Virus record (IMG/VR): IMGVR_UViG_3300009506_000005
Location: 49,770-113,769 of that record
Origin: a virus
Strand: one strand, 5' to 3'
DNA: 64,000 bases
The notes beneath the pieces were generated by a model, which searched no databases, was not told the DNA's origin, and saw only the letters and a program-made list of their open reading frames with translations. A program made the translations under genes and the position numbers. This document shows positions 1-9,735 of this stretch, piece by piece. Position 1 is the first letter of the stretch. The number at the start of each line of letters is the position of its first letter.

Positions 1-174
1 GCTTCTGCGGGACGATGAAGGCGGTGCCCGGCGTGGAGGTTCCGAGGCTGGAGACGAGGACGGCCTTCGACAAGATAGTCCGCCAGGAGCGCGATAGCTA
101 CGCGGTGAGGAAGGCGCACATGCGCTCGATGAACACCCTGGCCGACGCCCTGAGGAACCCGAGGTGATGGAGCG

Positions 175-465
175 ATGGAGGAGAGTCAGGCAGCGGTTCG
201 AGAAGGTGGTGAGGGCGATGCTCTCCGTGGCCCTTGGCCATGTCCGAATTGTGGTGACGAACTGGGCATCTCGACTGTGGAAAAACGCGCGAAGGTGCTT
301 CGCCCTGGGGACAAGGACTTCGTCACTGTCGTTTATGCTTTCGCCCGGTGCACCGCGTGCAGGACGCGGATTGACGCAGCGGGAATCGGCCGCGAGGATG
401 CGGCGCAAGACCTCGCGCGAATCATACGTGCGAGGGGAGAGGTAAGGAACGATGGCAAAGGATAA
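175..465 (+). CDS. Zn-finger hypothetical protein (Lar-like CxxC..CxxC)
   Basis: PCPNCG...RCTAC motifs; overlaps next gene. Confidence 0.5.
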   Translation: MEESQAAVREGGEGDALRGPWPCPNCGDELGISTVEKRAKVLRPGDKDFVTVVYAFARCTACRTRIDAAGIGREDAAQDLARIIRARGEVRNDGKG

Positions 466-679
466 GAAGAAGACCGCGAAGGGAAAGACCGTTGAGACGC
501 CGAAGACTCCGGCGCGCTGGTTCAACGCCATGCAGCGAGACAAGGCGCTCGCGCACGGGAAGGACAACTCGCTCGACGTCTACGAGGTCACGCACGGGAA
601 GCACAAGGCCGGCTTCTTCGTTGGCGACAAGCTCCCGAAGACGGCTACGGGTTCCACTGTCAAGAAGATCACCGAGTAA
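452..679 (+). CDS. basic hypothetical protein
   Basis: ORF with SD and strong GC3 codon bias. Confidence 0.6.
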   Translation: MAKDKKKTAKGKTVETPKTPARWFNAMQRDKALAHGKDNSLDVYEVTHGKHKAGFFVGDKLPKTATGSTVKKITE

Positions 680-713
680 GGTGCTCGGCAAAGGTAAAGA
701 AAAGAGGTAAAGG

Positions 714-1145
714 ATGAGACTCGAATTCACGGGACACAGTGACGACGCCGTCCAGATCGAGCGCTACCGCTCGGGGAATGTGGACGAGGAGCCGGAGACG
801 GACGAGGCTTCGGCAATGGGCGAGGGCGCGTTCCAAGCGTCCTTCAACGTGCTCGGTCCGGGGAAGGTGTGCGGCGAGTGCGGACACGAGAGCGACGCGG
901 AGACGCTCGCGATCGTCTTCGCCCACTTCCTCCCGACCGGGTGTTGGTCTTTCTCGATCTCGCCCGTCGAGGAAGACAAGGCGCTTCCCGCGGACTGGAA
1001 GGTCACGACGATCCAGGGTCACGGCTACTCGACCGCGCTTGTGATCAACTCGGAGCACGCGCTCGGAGTGAGCAGCGGCAAGGGAGGGAAGAAGATCTTC
1101 TCGGTGCCGACCCCGAAAAGCGAGGCCGAAGAGGTGACCGAATGA
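714..1145 (+). CDS. hypothetical protein
   Basis: ORF with purine-rich leader; ATGA-coupled to next gene. Confidence 0.6.
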   Translation: MRLEFTGHSDDAVQIERYRSGNVDEEPETDEASAMGEGAFQASFNVLGPGKVCGECGHESDAETLAIVFAHFLPTGCWSFSISPVEEDKALPADWKVTTIQGHGYSTALVINSEHALGVSSGKGGKKIFSVPTPKSEAEEVTE

Positions 1146-1594
1146 AGGCCGCCGAATTCCTCCGCTCGTTCAAGTTCCGCGTGACCATTGACGGGCGCTT
1201 CGTCGGGATCTCTCGCGTCTCCGAAATCGAATATCTGATCGCGCGCAGCGGGAACGGCTACTGCAAACCGATCACGATCGAGTCCGCGCCGAAGGCGGGG
1301 ACGGGTGGACTCGCGGAGGCGCTCGGCTCTCGGCCGTGGGCGCGGCGTGACGTGACGCTCACCGAGAGCACGCGAGAGGGCGAGACCGGCCGCGTGATCC
1401 GTCTCCGCTCTTGCAAGCTCAAGGGCTACACGATCGCGGAGCATGACGCGATGGCGGACGGCGTGGTGATCGATCGCGTGAAGCTCCACCCGAAGCGGAT
1501 CGATATCGTGGCGGGGCCGGCGAAGTCCTACGTGAAGCCGCGGCCCGTCGCGAAGATCGAGCCGGGCCTCCCGCCTTCGGAGGTGTCGCCATGA
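1142..1594 (+). CDS. orphan T4 gp19-like tail tube paralogue
   Basis: FKFRVTIDG, PITIE, RRDVTL..REGE, C...HDAMADGVVID align by eye with the tube at 55022-55483. Confidence 0.6.
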   Translation: MKAAEFLRSFKFRVTIDGRFVGISRVSEIEYLIARSGNGYCKPITIESAPKAGTGGLAEALGSRPWARRDVTLTESTREGETGRVIRLRSCKLKGYTIAEHDAMADGVVIDRVKLHPKRIDIVAGPAKSYVKPRPVAKIEPGLPPSEVSP

Positions 1595-1887
1595 ACCCGG
1601 AGACCAATCGGTTCGAGCAGCTCCGCGAGTCAACCGAGGAAGAGACGGCGGAGATCAACAAGCGCATGGTGGAGAGCCTCAAGAACTTGGCGAAGGTTGC
1701 GTCCGGCTCCTTCCTCTTGCGCCCGGACGGCTCGCCCGTCCCCGGCCACTGGCCGATCCTTTCGGTGGGAACGAAGGTTGAGATCGAGGGGTACACGTTC
1801 CGGGTCGGCTACATCGGGGAGAGCGTGGTTCTCTTGGAGCCGATCGGGATCGTGGAGATCGGGAAGGGCGAAGAGGTGACGCCGTGA
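1591..1887 (+). CDS. hypothetical protein
   Basis: GGAGGTG SD, ATGA overlap. Confidence 0.6.
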   Translation: MNPETNRFEQLRESTEEETAEINKRMVESLKNLAKVASGSFLLRPDGSPVPGHWPILSVGTKVEIEGYTFRVGYIGESVVLLEPIGIVEIGKGEEVTP

Positions 1888-2089
1888 TCGATCACGATTG
1901 CAGCGGAGAGGGTTGTCTCGTGTGCGCGTGGGTCGAAATGTTCAAGTGCATCCGAGACTCCGTCTTCGATTTCGTGGACTGGTTTTTCGAGGCGCTCGGA
2001 GGCTCGAACGGTTGCCGGTGTCTCTATGCCGCGGCGATGGACGAGCGCGCGGAGGGCGTGGACGTGCGGCCGATCGTGGAGGTGCGCGA

Positions 2090-2461
2090 GTGAGCGGCGT
2101 TCACATCGAAGAGGCGCGCCCGGTGCGCTCGTGGGGATCGCGCATGGTCTACCGCGTCTCGTGGTCTTGCTCTTGGTGCGAGAGGCCGGTTGAGATCGAA
2201 CTCGACACGGAGATCGGATCGCGCGAAGCCTACCGCCGGGCGGAGGCCGTCAAGGATCTCCCGTGCCTCTTCTGTCTCGTTGGCGTTCCCCATCGGACCT
2301 ACTCGGAGACCGAGGGAGGCGAGACGGTTTGCACGGAGCACCGCGCCGCGCCGCTCGTGACCGTCGAGGAGTCCTACCTCGAAGCGCTCGAAGAGTACCA
2401 GCGGAGCAAGGGAGAGAGCGGCGGCGTGCTCACCTTGCGAGACGAAGGGGGGATCGAGTGA
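2090..2461 (+). CDS. Zn-binding hypothetical protein
   Basis: CSWC...CLFC; GTGA overlap. Confidence 0.5.
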   Translation: MSGVHIEEARPVRSWGSRMVYRVSWSCSWCERPVEIELDTEIGSREAYRRAEAVKDLPCLFCLVGVPHRTYSETEGGETVCTEHRAAPLVTVEESYLEALEEYQRSKGESGGVLTLRDEGGIE

Positions 2462-3576
2462 GCGCACGCGAGCCGGCCTTTGACGCGGGAGCAACCGCGG
2501 CCGATTACGCGCGAGCTGCTCACGCTTTGATCCGTGGTCACTTCACGACGCGCGAGGCTTGGGTCGAGATGCTGGACAAGGTGAGCGGCCCGGAGATTTC
2601 CGCGGACGTGGACGCCATGCTTCGCGAGTGCCTCGATCGGTTCGGCTACGTTCCCACGCTGGCGGCCCTCGTTCGCGAGAGCGCGAAGAGGGAGGCGGCG
2701 AGGAACCATCCGACCGTCAAGGACTTCGCCCCCTCGGATCTCAAGGCCCTCTACCCCGCGAAGGTGATCGAGGTGGAAGCCTACGAGATCGGAGCGGCGC
2801 AGATCAACGCACCGCGGATCGCCTACGAGATCCCGTCCAGCATTGCGGATCGCGTCTCCGGCCCGTTGACGGGATGGGCCGACCCGCTCTACCAGTGTTA
2901 CGCGCCGGACGTCCAGATCCCGATGGCGGGGGACGCGGTGTTGATCTCGTTCGTTGAGGGCCTCTCATACGGACGCGCGATCTGGCACCTCGGGCTGCCG
3001 GTCTCCGTATCGAGCGCGCTCACGAAGGACATGATCGAGCAAGCGATCGAGGACTTCCAACAAGTCCCCCCGCCGGCCGGTGGCGATCGCTACTCCGAGG
3101 CCATGCTCCGAAGAGAGGCGAAGCGGTTCTCCGATCGCGCGCTCAAGGACTACACGGACGATATCGCGAGCATGACGATCGCGGTCAACGGCGTTCCGCA
3201 TCCAGCTCTCGCCGGCTCCGGCTCGGACGCCAACTACGCGACGGCGAAGGCGCAGCTCGATCAGTTCGAGAACAATTTCTACGAGTGGGCAATGGGGAGA
3301 GAGACCTCCGCTATCGCGAAACAAGTGGACGCGGAGATCATGGCGCACTATGAGGGCGACGCCTCGCGCGTGACCGCGCAAGAGGTCGCGGACTCGATCT
3401 CAAAGGTTCCCGGGGTTGCGGCTGTGGTGACGCCGGATGGCGGCGAGGTGAGGGTGAGCAGCTCGAAGGAAGAGGCGAGGACGGAGATCGAGATCATGGC
3501 GCGCGCGGTGTGCGAGGACATCGATTCCTCGGAGGTTGGCCGCGAGTGGGACGCGGCGAAGAAAGGGGGCGCATGA
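2458..3576 (+). CDS. hypothetical protein with short motifs resembling virion proteins
   Basis: long ORF with GC3 bias, GTG start coupled to upstream stop. Confidence 0.6.
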   Translation: MSAREPAFDAGATAADYARAAHALIRGHFTTREAWVEMLDKVSGPEISADVDAMLRECLDRFGYVPTLAALVRESAKREAARNHPTVKDFAPSDLKALYPAKVIEVEAYEIGAAQINAPRIAYEIPSSIADRVSGPLTGWADPLYQCYAPDVQIPMAGDAVLISFVEGLSYGRAIWHLGLPVSVSSALTKDMIEQAIEDFQQVPPPAGGDRYSEAMLRREAKRFSDRALKDYTDDIASMTIAVNGVPHPALAGSGSDANYATAKAQLDQFENNFYEWAMGRETSAIAKQVDAEIMAHYEGDASRVTAQEVADSISKVPGVAAVVTPDGGEVRVSSSKEEARTEIEIMARAVCEDIDSSEVGREWDAAKKGGA

Positions 3577-3791
3577 TGGCGAAGCTCGACTTCTCGCTAC
3601 CGATCGAGATCGTCGTCTCCGCGGAGGTTCCCGAGGACGGGATCTATCTCGCGAGCGGGTTGAAGTTCGAGCCGAACCCGGAGGGGCCGGACACTCCGCC
3701 AGCGTTCGAGGTGCGGACCGAGGGCGAGCGCGTCGAGCTGATCAGCCGTGGCCGCGTGCGCTTCACTGGCGCGGCGAAGGTGAAGCTATGA
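3573..3791 (+). CDS. hypothetical protein
   Basis: ATGA-coupled on both sides. Confidence 0.5.
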   Translation: MMAKLDFSLPIEIVVSAEVPEDGIYLASGLKFEPNPEGPDTPPAFEVRTEGERVELISRGRVRFTGAAKVKL

Positions 3792-4339
3792 AGATGGCGA
3801 TCCCCGAGCCGGGCCACTTCACGGCCAAGCAACGCGAGCGCCGCCTCGACGGTTGCCGCCGGTGCGGGTTGTGTTGTGTCCTCTTCGCGATCTCGAAGTG
3901 CTCACGCGCCGACCGGGATCGACTCGGCCCGGAGTTCTTCGTCGAGCGCGAGGACGGCGGGATCGAGTTGCGGAGCGCGCCGCGTTCGTTCGTCCCGTCC
4001 GAGGTAGGCGGGACCGCTTGCGTCTTCTTGGAGTTCGACGGGGAGCGCGCGCGCTGCGCGGTCAACGAAGAGAAGCCGGGACTCTGCGCGCGTTGGAGTT
4101 GCGGCAAGCCGCAAGCCGCGGCGCTGATCGATTGGGCGCTCGCGAACCGTCTCGGCCGCCTCTCCGCGGAGGCCGAGCGCACGCACGATCTAACGTGCCG
4201 ATGGATCGACGCATGGGAAGAAGACCGGCGGAGCCGGACGCCAGCTCGACACGAGCGAGAGCGCCAGCTATGCGCGGATCTTTGGGAGAGCTATCGCGCG
4301 TTGCCGGGACATCCCGAGCACGCGGAAGGGAGAGCATGA
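3788..4339 (+). CDS. YkgJ-family cysteine cluster (Zn/Fe-chelating) protein
   Basis: CRRCGLCC ... CVFL ... CAVNEEKPGLC..WSC. Confidence 0.8.
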   Translation: MKMAIPEPGHFTAKQRERRLDGCRRCGLCCVLFAISKCSRADRDRLGPEFFVEREDGGIELRSAPRSFVPSEVGGTACVFLEFDGERARCAVNEEKPGLCARWSCGKPQAAALIDWALANRLGRLSAEAERTHDLTCRWIDAWEEDRRSRTPARHERERQLCADLWESYRALPGHPEHAEGRA

Positions 4340-4755
4340 TGGGCGAGTCAAGTTTCTCGGTTGAGATTTTCGACAAGGACGGGAACTACCGGAGGACGCT
4401 CCGGGTCGTCATGGCCGGCGCGGTGATCTACGTCTTCGCGGACGGGGACAACGATCGCGAGCTGGCGCGCGGAGAGTTGAAGGCCGCCGGGTTCGTGAAG
4501 TGGGAGCACCAAAACGGGATCTACAATTCCGAGGTTCAGACGATCGAAGAGGCGGCCCTCGCGTTCGATCCCGAGGCGGAGCCGGAGGTCACCGAGGAAG
4601 AGCCGAAGCCTTCGACGATCCGCGAGACCGGCTACACGCTCGAAGACATGGCCGCCGCGTGGAGCGCTGGCCGCGCGAACTTCAAGAGCTACGGCGAGGC
4701 GACGGGAGACGCGCCGGACTTCCTATCGTGGATCAAGGAGCGCAACGACGGATGA
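4336..4755 (+). CDS. hypothetical protein
   Basis: coupled ORF. Confidence 0.55.
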   Translation: MMGESSFSVEIFDKDGNYRRTLRVVMAGAVIYVFADGDNDRELARGELKAAGFVKWEHQNGIYNSEVQTIEEAALAFDPEAEPEVTEEEPKPSTIRETGYTLEDMAAAWSAGRANFKSYGEATGDAPDFLSWIKERNDG

Positions 4756-4960
4756 GCCGCGCTCGTGATCACCTCGCCGGTCCCTTCGTTGTGGACCGTG
4801 CCGCGCTCGACTTCTTGACGCCGGAGAGCGTCCGGTCTATTATGGCCGTCCGGGGGAAAAGGCCCCCGCAAGGTGAAGAACAAGAGGAGCCGCGCAAGGC
4901 TCCAACGCTGCGAGCTTCGATCGCTGATCAGCTCGCGGCCAAGGTAAAGAGAGGGGAACC

Positions 4961-5392
4961 ATGAACGAGTCGAGAGTGGAGGACGCGGCGCAAGTGATCC
5001 GCGATTTGCGCCGCGAGTTGAGGGAGGCGAGGAAGGTGATCAAGCTACAGGGCGAGATCACGGATAACCTCCGATCTTCCTCGATTGTGCGCGCGGAGTG
5101 TGAACTCTTCCGCGAGCTGCTACGCGCGCTCGTGGATGAGTGCTCGCCAAAGAGGATACCGGGGGACAAGAAGTTCCACGGGACCAAGGCACCGTCGAAG
5201 CACTTGCTCGAACTAGCGCGCAAGCAGATCGGCCAGCCGCTAGAGAAAGTAGACGCGGGAATCCCGGTCCAGTGTTCCGATTGTGGGCGCGAGGGGTTCG
5301 TCCGCTTCCGTCCCGACTTGCTACAGATCCCACAACTTGCGGAGGGGCCGTTCGTCACCATCGAAGAGCTGGATCGAGAGGTGACGCCGTGA
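4961..5392 (+). CDS. hypothetical protein (coiled coil + CxxC)
   Basis: ORF with SD. Confidence 0.55.
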   Translation: MNESRVEDAAQVIRDLRRELREARKVIKLQGEITDNLRSSSIVRAECELFRELLRALVDECSPKRIPGDKKFHGTKAPSKHLLELARKQIGQPLEKVDAGIPVQCSDCGREGFVRFRPDLLQIPQLAEGPFVTIEELDREVTP

Positions 5393-5796
5393 GCGCGCGC
5401 GTAGAGATCACCGAGAGACTCGGGGCGCTGCGCGCGGTGGCGCTCGACGCGACGCCCGGACCGTGGACGATTTCCTCGGACGGGAACGGGAATGTCTCCG
5501 GCGTGATGCCGGAGCCGGAGGTTCTACACGACGGGGAGATCTTCTTCGCGCACAACCGAGAGCGCGAGAACTTCGAGGCGGACGCGGAGTTCATCGCGGC
5601 GCTCGATCCGCCAACGGTGATCGGCTTACTCGACGCGCTCGACGAAGTGATCGCAGCGCTTCACCCGGAAGAGGGATCGAAGTCAGTGGGTCACGCTTCG
5701 TTGATCTCGGTCGGCAAGGCGCGCCACGCTCTCGCGATTCACGGGATCGCCTTCATGGACGGTCTACCGCCGGATCCGGAAGAGGTGACGCCATGA
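5389..5796 (+). CDS. Ead/Ea22-like protein
   Basis: LRAVALDATPGPW ... DAEFIAALDPPTVIGLLD signature. Confidence 0.75.
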   Translation: MSARVEITERLGALRAVALDATPGPWTISSDGNGNVSGVMPEPEVLHDGEIFFAHNRERENFEADAEFIAALDPPTVIGLLDALDEVIAALHPEEGSKSVGHASLISVGKARHALAIHGIAFMDGLPPDPEEVTP

Positions 5797-8252
5797 GCGA
5801 GCGAATTCCTATCACCGAGAGGCTCCACGCCTTGCGCGCCGTCGCCATCGGCGCGAACGCCGGCATAGTGTGGGAAACATTCCTCGCGGACAAGGAAGTC
5901 TTCCGCGTCGTGACGGAAGAGATCTCCCACCATCCGAGCGTGACTGTCGCGGAGTGCAAATGGGGCAGTTCACCGAAGGAGAATGCGCGGCACATTGCCA
6001 CGTTCGATCCCCCCACCTGCATCGAACTGCTCGACCTGATCATATCGTTGCAGCGGCGCATAGAGGATCCGGACACGGAGCTTTGTGACAAGAAGGCGCC
6101 TGAGTACGAGGTGGTCACTCTCGATGATCGTCTTGAATCCGCCATCGGGCATCTCTCGTCGCATCTCGGGGTCATCAACGTAGACCTCGCCGCGCTGATC
6201 GATGCGGCAATCGCCGAGCTCGTTCGCCAGCGTGAGCGCGGTGATGCCCTCGTCCTCACCGTGGAGATCCTGTCCAAGGCCGTCGAGTCCGCGCGATCGG
6301 AGTTTGTGAAGAGCGCCTCCGAGGGTGCTGCGATTCGTAAGCTCATGGACAAGGTCGGCGAGCTGGAGTCCGAACTGGATTCCGCCAAGGATCCCATCCC
6401 AATGGACAACGCCGAGCGCGAGATCAGGCGAGCGCGCGAGCAGCGGGACAGCATCTCCGATCAGTACGCACGCCTCTTGGCCGAGCTCAACCCGGGGCGC
6501 GAGGACCCGATCCTGGTTGTGAAGAAGCTCAAGGAGGCGTCCTCCGGTCCGGGCGAGAAGCAGCTTGAGCACATGAAGGACAAGGCGCGCATTCAGGCGA
6601 GTTCCCTCCAGCGCTTCAAGCGGGACGTCACTGCCGAGCTCGGGCTTGGGGAGGACGCCAGCGTGCCCGTCATCCTCTCCGCGATCGGCCGACTCGATGG
6701 AGATGGTGGTGCCGCGGCAAAGCTCTACTCCGAGCTGTGCGAGCGCATCAAGCGGTCCCACAAGGAGAACGGCGGCCGCGAGGACGAGGGCTTCTTCTCG
6801 TTCGTCGACCGCATCTGTGGCGAACTCACACTCACAAACGAGACCCTGGGGCGTGTGCGGCGGGAGAGGGACACAGCCCGGGCGAGGCGAGACGAGCTGC
6901 GCTCTCAGCTCATCAACTCCAAGGCCGAGCGAGGCGCCGAGGCCGAGGCTCTCCGGGTCGCGTTTGAGCAGATGTCCGAGCGCAGCGACCTGGACAACAT
7001 CTCCGTCTGCGATGAGATCGTGGCCGTCCTGGAGCGCGTGGACGCCGAGGAGTCCCTGGCCTACATGGAGAGGCTCAAGTCGATGGGAGCGCAGCGGGAC
7101 AGTGCCATGTCAGCTCTGGAGGAGTTGGAAGCCACGGTCAGTCTCATCGGGGACATGATCCAGCGGTATCAGGAGCACGGCATCCCCTCGCCGGCGAAGC
7201 TCGTCTCGCAGCTGGCCGAGGTCATGGAGAACCCCGAGGAGGGCCCGCCTCTGGACCACGACGCGATGAAGCCAGAGAAGATGCTGGCTGCGGACCTCAA
7301 CGAGGAGATCGCCGTCGCGGACTTCCTGCGCCGGAAGGTGGACGCCTTCGGCCGCTGGTTCAAGGCGAACTGCGTGATGACAAAGACAGACGAGAACGGC
7401 ACGCTGGAGCTGGACGGCATCGCCCCGGGTGCGGAGCCGGCCGAGGAGTTCGAGCGCCTGCTCTCGGACAACGAGTACTTCGGAGAGGAGCCGCGCAGTG
7501 GATACTGGAAGTGCAACAACTGCGGCGACATCCAGGACAAGGAAGAGGAGGTCAAGTGCTGGGCCTGCGGCAAGGGAGAGATGATCTATCACGAGGGCGT
7601 ACCAGGCCACACCGAGAATCCCGATGTCCTGTACGACAAGTGGATCAAGGACATCATGTCCCAGACCGCAGAGCCCACACCCCATGATGTCTTTGCCTAC
7701 GCCTTGGGCGCGAACGGATGGGTCGCTGTTGAGGAGGAGGATGGGAAGTGGTTCTGGGTTCTCGATGAGACCGGGTTCCCAGGGTTCAAGGGGCGTGTGC
7801 AAGCCTCGGACGCGGATGTCTTGGACGCCCTGGACAGGGACGACTACGAACACATGGTCAAGCTCCTCGGCGGAGGATGGAGCGAGGAGGCGCGCCAGTC
7901 GATTACCAAGAACATCATCGATCCCGCCAGTGATGTCTGGGAGCAGTTCGAGAAGTGGGCAGATCCCACCCGCGCCGGCGTCCGTCCCCAGCTCATCGGC
8001 GAGCCCAAGGAATGGGAGTGCGTGTACTGCTCAACCATCAACCAAGGGCGCTTCTCTTGCCGAGTGTGCGGCTCAGGCATGGGCTTCGAGGCGGCCGTTG
8101 CCACCAAGGCGAACCGCTGCGGTGACTGTGCCCTCTTCGATGGCGGTGGTCCGGATGACCGCTACGAGGAGTGTGTGGAGGGCCACGCCGAGGACATCAC
8201 CGCGGACTCGCCGGCCTGCGATGAGTTCGAGGAGAGGGAGGTGGAGGAGTGA
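5793..8252 (+). CDS. Ea22-like N-terminal domain + long coiled coil + multiple Zn fingers
   Basis: NARHIATFDPPTCIELLD; heptad-rich middle; WKCNNC/CWAC, WECVYC/CRVC, CGDC. Confidence 0.65.
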   Translation: MSERIPITERLHALRAVAIGANAGIVWETFLADKEVFRVVTEEISHHPSVTVAECKWGSSPKENARHIATFDPPTCIELLDLIISLQRRIEDPDTELCDKKAPEYEVVTLDDRLESAIGHLSSHLGVINVDLAALIDAAIAELVRQRERGDALVLTVEILSKAVESARSEFVKSASEGAAIRKLMDKVGELESELDSAKDPIPMDNAEREIRRAREQRDSISDQYARLLAELNPGREDPILVVKKLKEASSGPGEKQLEHMKDKARIQASSLQRFKRDVTAELGLGEDASVPVILSAIGRLDGDGGAAAKLYSELCERIKRSHKENGGREDEGFFSFVDRICGELTLTNETLGRVRRERDTARARRDELRSQLINSKAERGAEAEALRVAFEQMSERSDLDNISVCDEIVAVLERVDAEESLAYMERLKSMGAQRDSAMSALEELEATVSLIGDMIQRYQEHGIPSPAKLVSQLAEVMENPEEGPPLDHDAMKPEKMLAADLNEEIAVADFLRRKVDAFGRWFKANCVMTKTDENGTLELDGIAPGAEPAEEFERLLSDNEYFGEEPRSGYWKCNNCGDIQDKEEEVKCWACGKGEMIYHEGVPGHTENPDVLYDKWIKDIMSQTAEPTPHDVFAYALGANGWVAVEEEDGKWFWVLDETGFPGFKGRVQASDADVLDALDRDDYEHMVKLLGGGWSEEARQSITKNIIDPASDVWEQFEKWADPTRAGVRPQLIGEPKEWECVYCSTINQGRFSCRVCGSGMGFEAAVATKANRCGDCALFDGGGPDDRYEECVEGHAEDITADSPACDEFEEREVEE

Positions 8253-9463
8253 CTGATTCCAAATGCGTCACCCATCACCACGCTTGCGATTGCCGAGAGG
8301 CAAAGTTCGCGGAGCAGGAGTCCAGGTTGCGATCGATTCAGAACGCCATCCGCGCATTCGACCGCATCGGAGAGCCTGCCGGCGAGCAGGTGGCGTCACT
8401 TCTTTCCTCCATCCGAGATCTCTCCGGTGCAAGACCGCCCGGGCCAGTACTGTCTGAGGTGGAGAATCTCCAGGCTCGTTCCCGCACACTGGAGGTAATC
8501 GAGACCACGATGCGCATGTCCAGGTCCTGGCCGGACGGTCTATCGCTATCGGAGGCTATCGCCCAGGGACTGGATGAGCGGGATCGCGCGATCGCAAAAC
8601 TGGAGAGAGAACGGGAGAGACTGCGCAAGCTGCTCAGGGACAAGGCCGAGGGAGACCCCACCAACTACGCGGCCAAGGAGGCGGTAGTCCTCGCCGATCC
8701 AGACGCCGCCCACGCCGCGGTGATCAACGACCTCAGGCGGGAACTGGCCCGGGCCAACGAGGCGAACCGTGAGCTCGTTCAGGCCGCGGTGGACAACGAG
8801 ACGCTGATCCAGGGGATGAAGGCCGACCTCAAGCGCCAGGGTGAGTGCATCTCCGAGGTGGTGAAGTGGGGGAGGGGCGTGGATCTCTGGGGCAAGTCCC
8901 CGGACGTGCCTGCGGCCGAGGGTCTCAAGGACGCTCTTGCCATCGCCCTGACCCTGGACGGTGACCCTGTGGTCATGGCTGCTCTGAGTCCGGCCCGGTC
9001 CCTGGTCAATGACATCCTCCTGAGCGAGCGCAACCACTGGAAGGACCAGGCCGAGGCTCACAAGGACGGCGTGGACATCGAGCTGGATGCGCTCAACGAG
9101 CTCGGGCTGCGGACGCGGACCCACCACGTGGACGAGAGCGGCGGGTTCGTCTCCATCCTCCTGGACAACGCTGAGGTGGAGATCCGGACGGTGGACGAGA
9201 GGGACGCGGACCGGACGCGCTACAACGGGAAGCGTGAGGTGCTTATCACATGGTGGAACGAAGCGATCGGATCGAACGATGATCCCGAGCAGACCTACTG
9301 GTTCGGCGGCGACCCGAGCAACCCGAAGGATCACGAGTACAGGAGGGTGCCGCGTGCCGATGGAGACAAGTGCGATCGCTTCGTCTGCATCCACTGCGGG
9401 GCCGTGGCCTGGCACCATACCGCGGCGAGGCCATGTACGCGCCAGATGGAGGCAACACAATAA
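8249..9463 (+). CDS. coiled-coil hypothetical protein
   Basis: CVTHHHACDCRE N-terminus, C-terminal CxxC. Confidence 0.6.
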   Translation: MTDSKCVTHHHACDCREAKFAEQESRLRSIQNAIRAFDRIGEPAGEQVASLLSSIRDLSGARPPGPVLSEVENLQARSRTLEVIETTMRMSRSWPDGLSLSEAIAQGLDERDRAIAKLERERERLRKLLRDKAEGDPTNYAAKEAVVLADPDAAHAAVINDLRRELARANEANRELVQAAVDNETLIQGMKADLKRQGECISEVVKWGRGVDLWGKSPDVPAAEGLKDALAIALTLDGDPVVMAALSPARSLVNDILLSERNHWKDQAEAHKDGVDIELDALNELGLRTRTHHVDESGGFVSILLDNAEVEIRTVDERDADRTRYNGKREVLITWWNEAIGSNDDPEQTYWFGGDPSNPKDHEYRRVPRADGDKCDRFVCIHCGAVAWHHTAARPCTRQMEATQ

Positions 9464-9735
9464 TCACGGGTATCATCGTCATCGGAATTCTCTCCGGCGC
9501 CATGCTCTTCCTCGTGGCCGAGAGCGAGCTCAGTATCGGGATGCGCCTCTTTGCCCTTGTCCTCATCGCCTGCTTCGCCTTGGCTGGGTCGTGGCTATCC
9601 TGGCGCTTCCTCCGCCCGGGCGCCGCCACCTACTCCTCAGCGACCCCCGATACCCCTCCCAGAGTCCCCCCTCCCTCCCAGTGCTGCCCATGCCCTGTCA
9701 CTGACACTCGCCCGCAGGGCGGGGGTTCCCCGTGA
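9433..9735 (+). CDS. small membrane protein
   Basis: two hydrophobic segments, Pro-rich tail. Confidence 0.45.
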   Translation: MYAPDGGNTIITGIIVIGILSGAMLFLVAESELSIGMRLFALVLIACFALAGSWLSWRFLRPGAATYSSATPDTPPRVPPPSQCCPCPVTDTRPQGGGSP

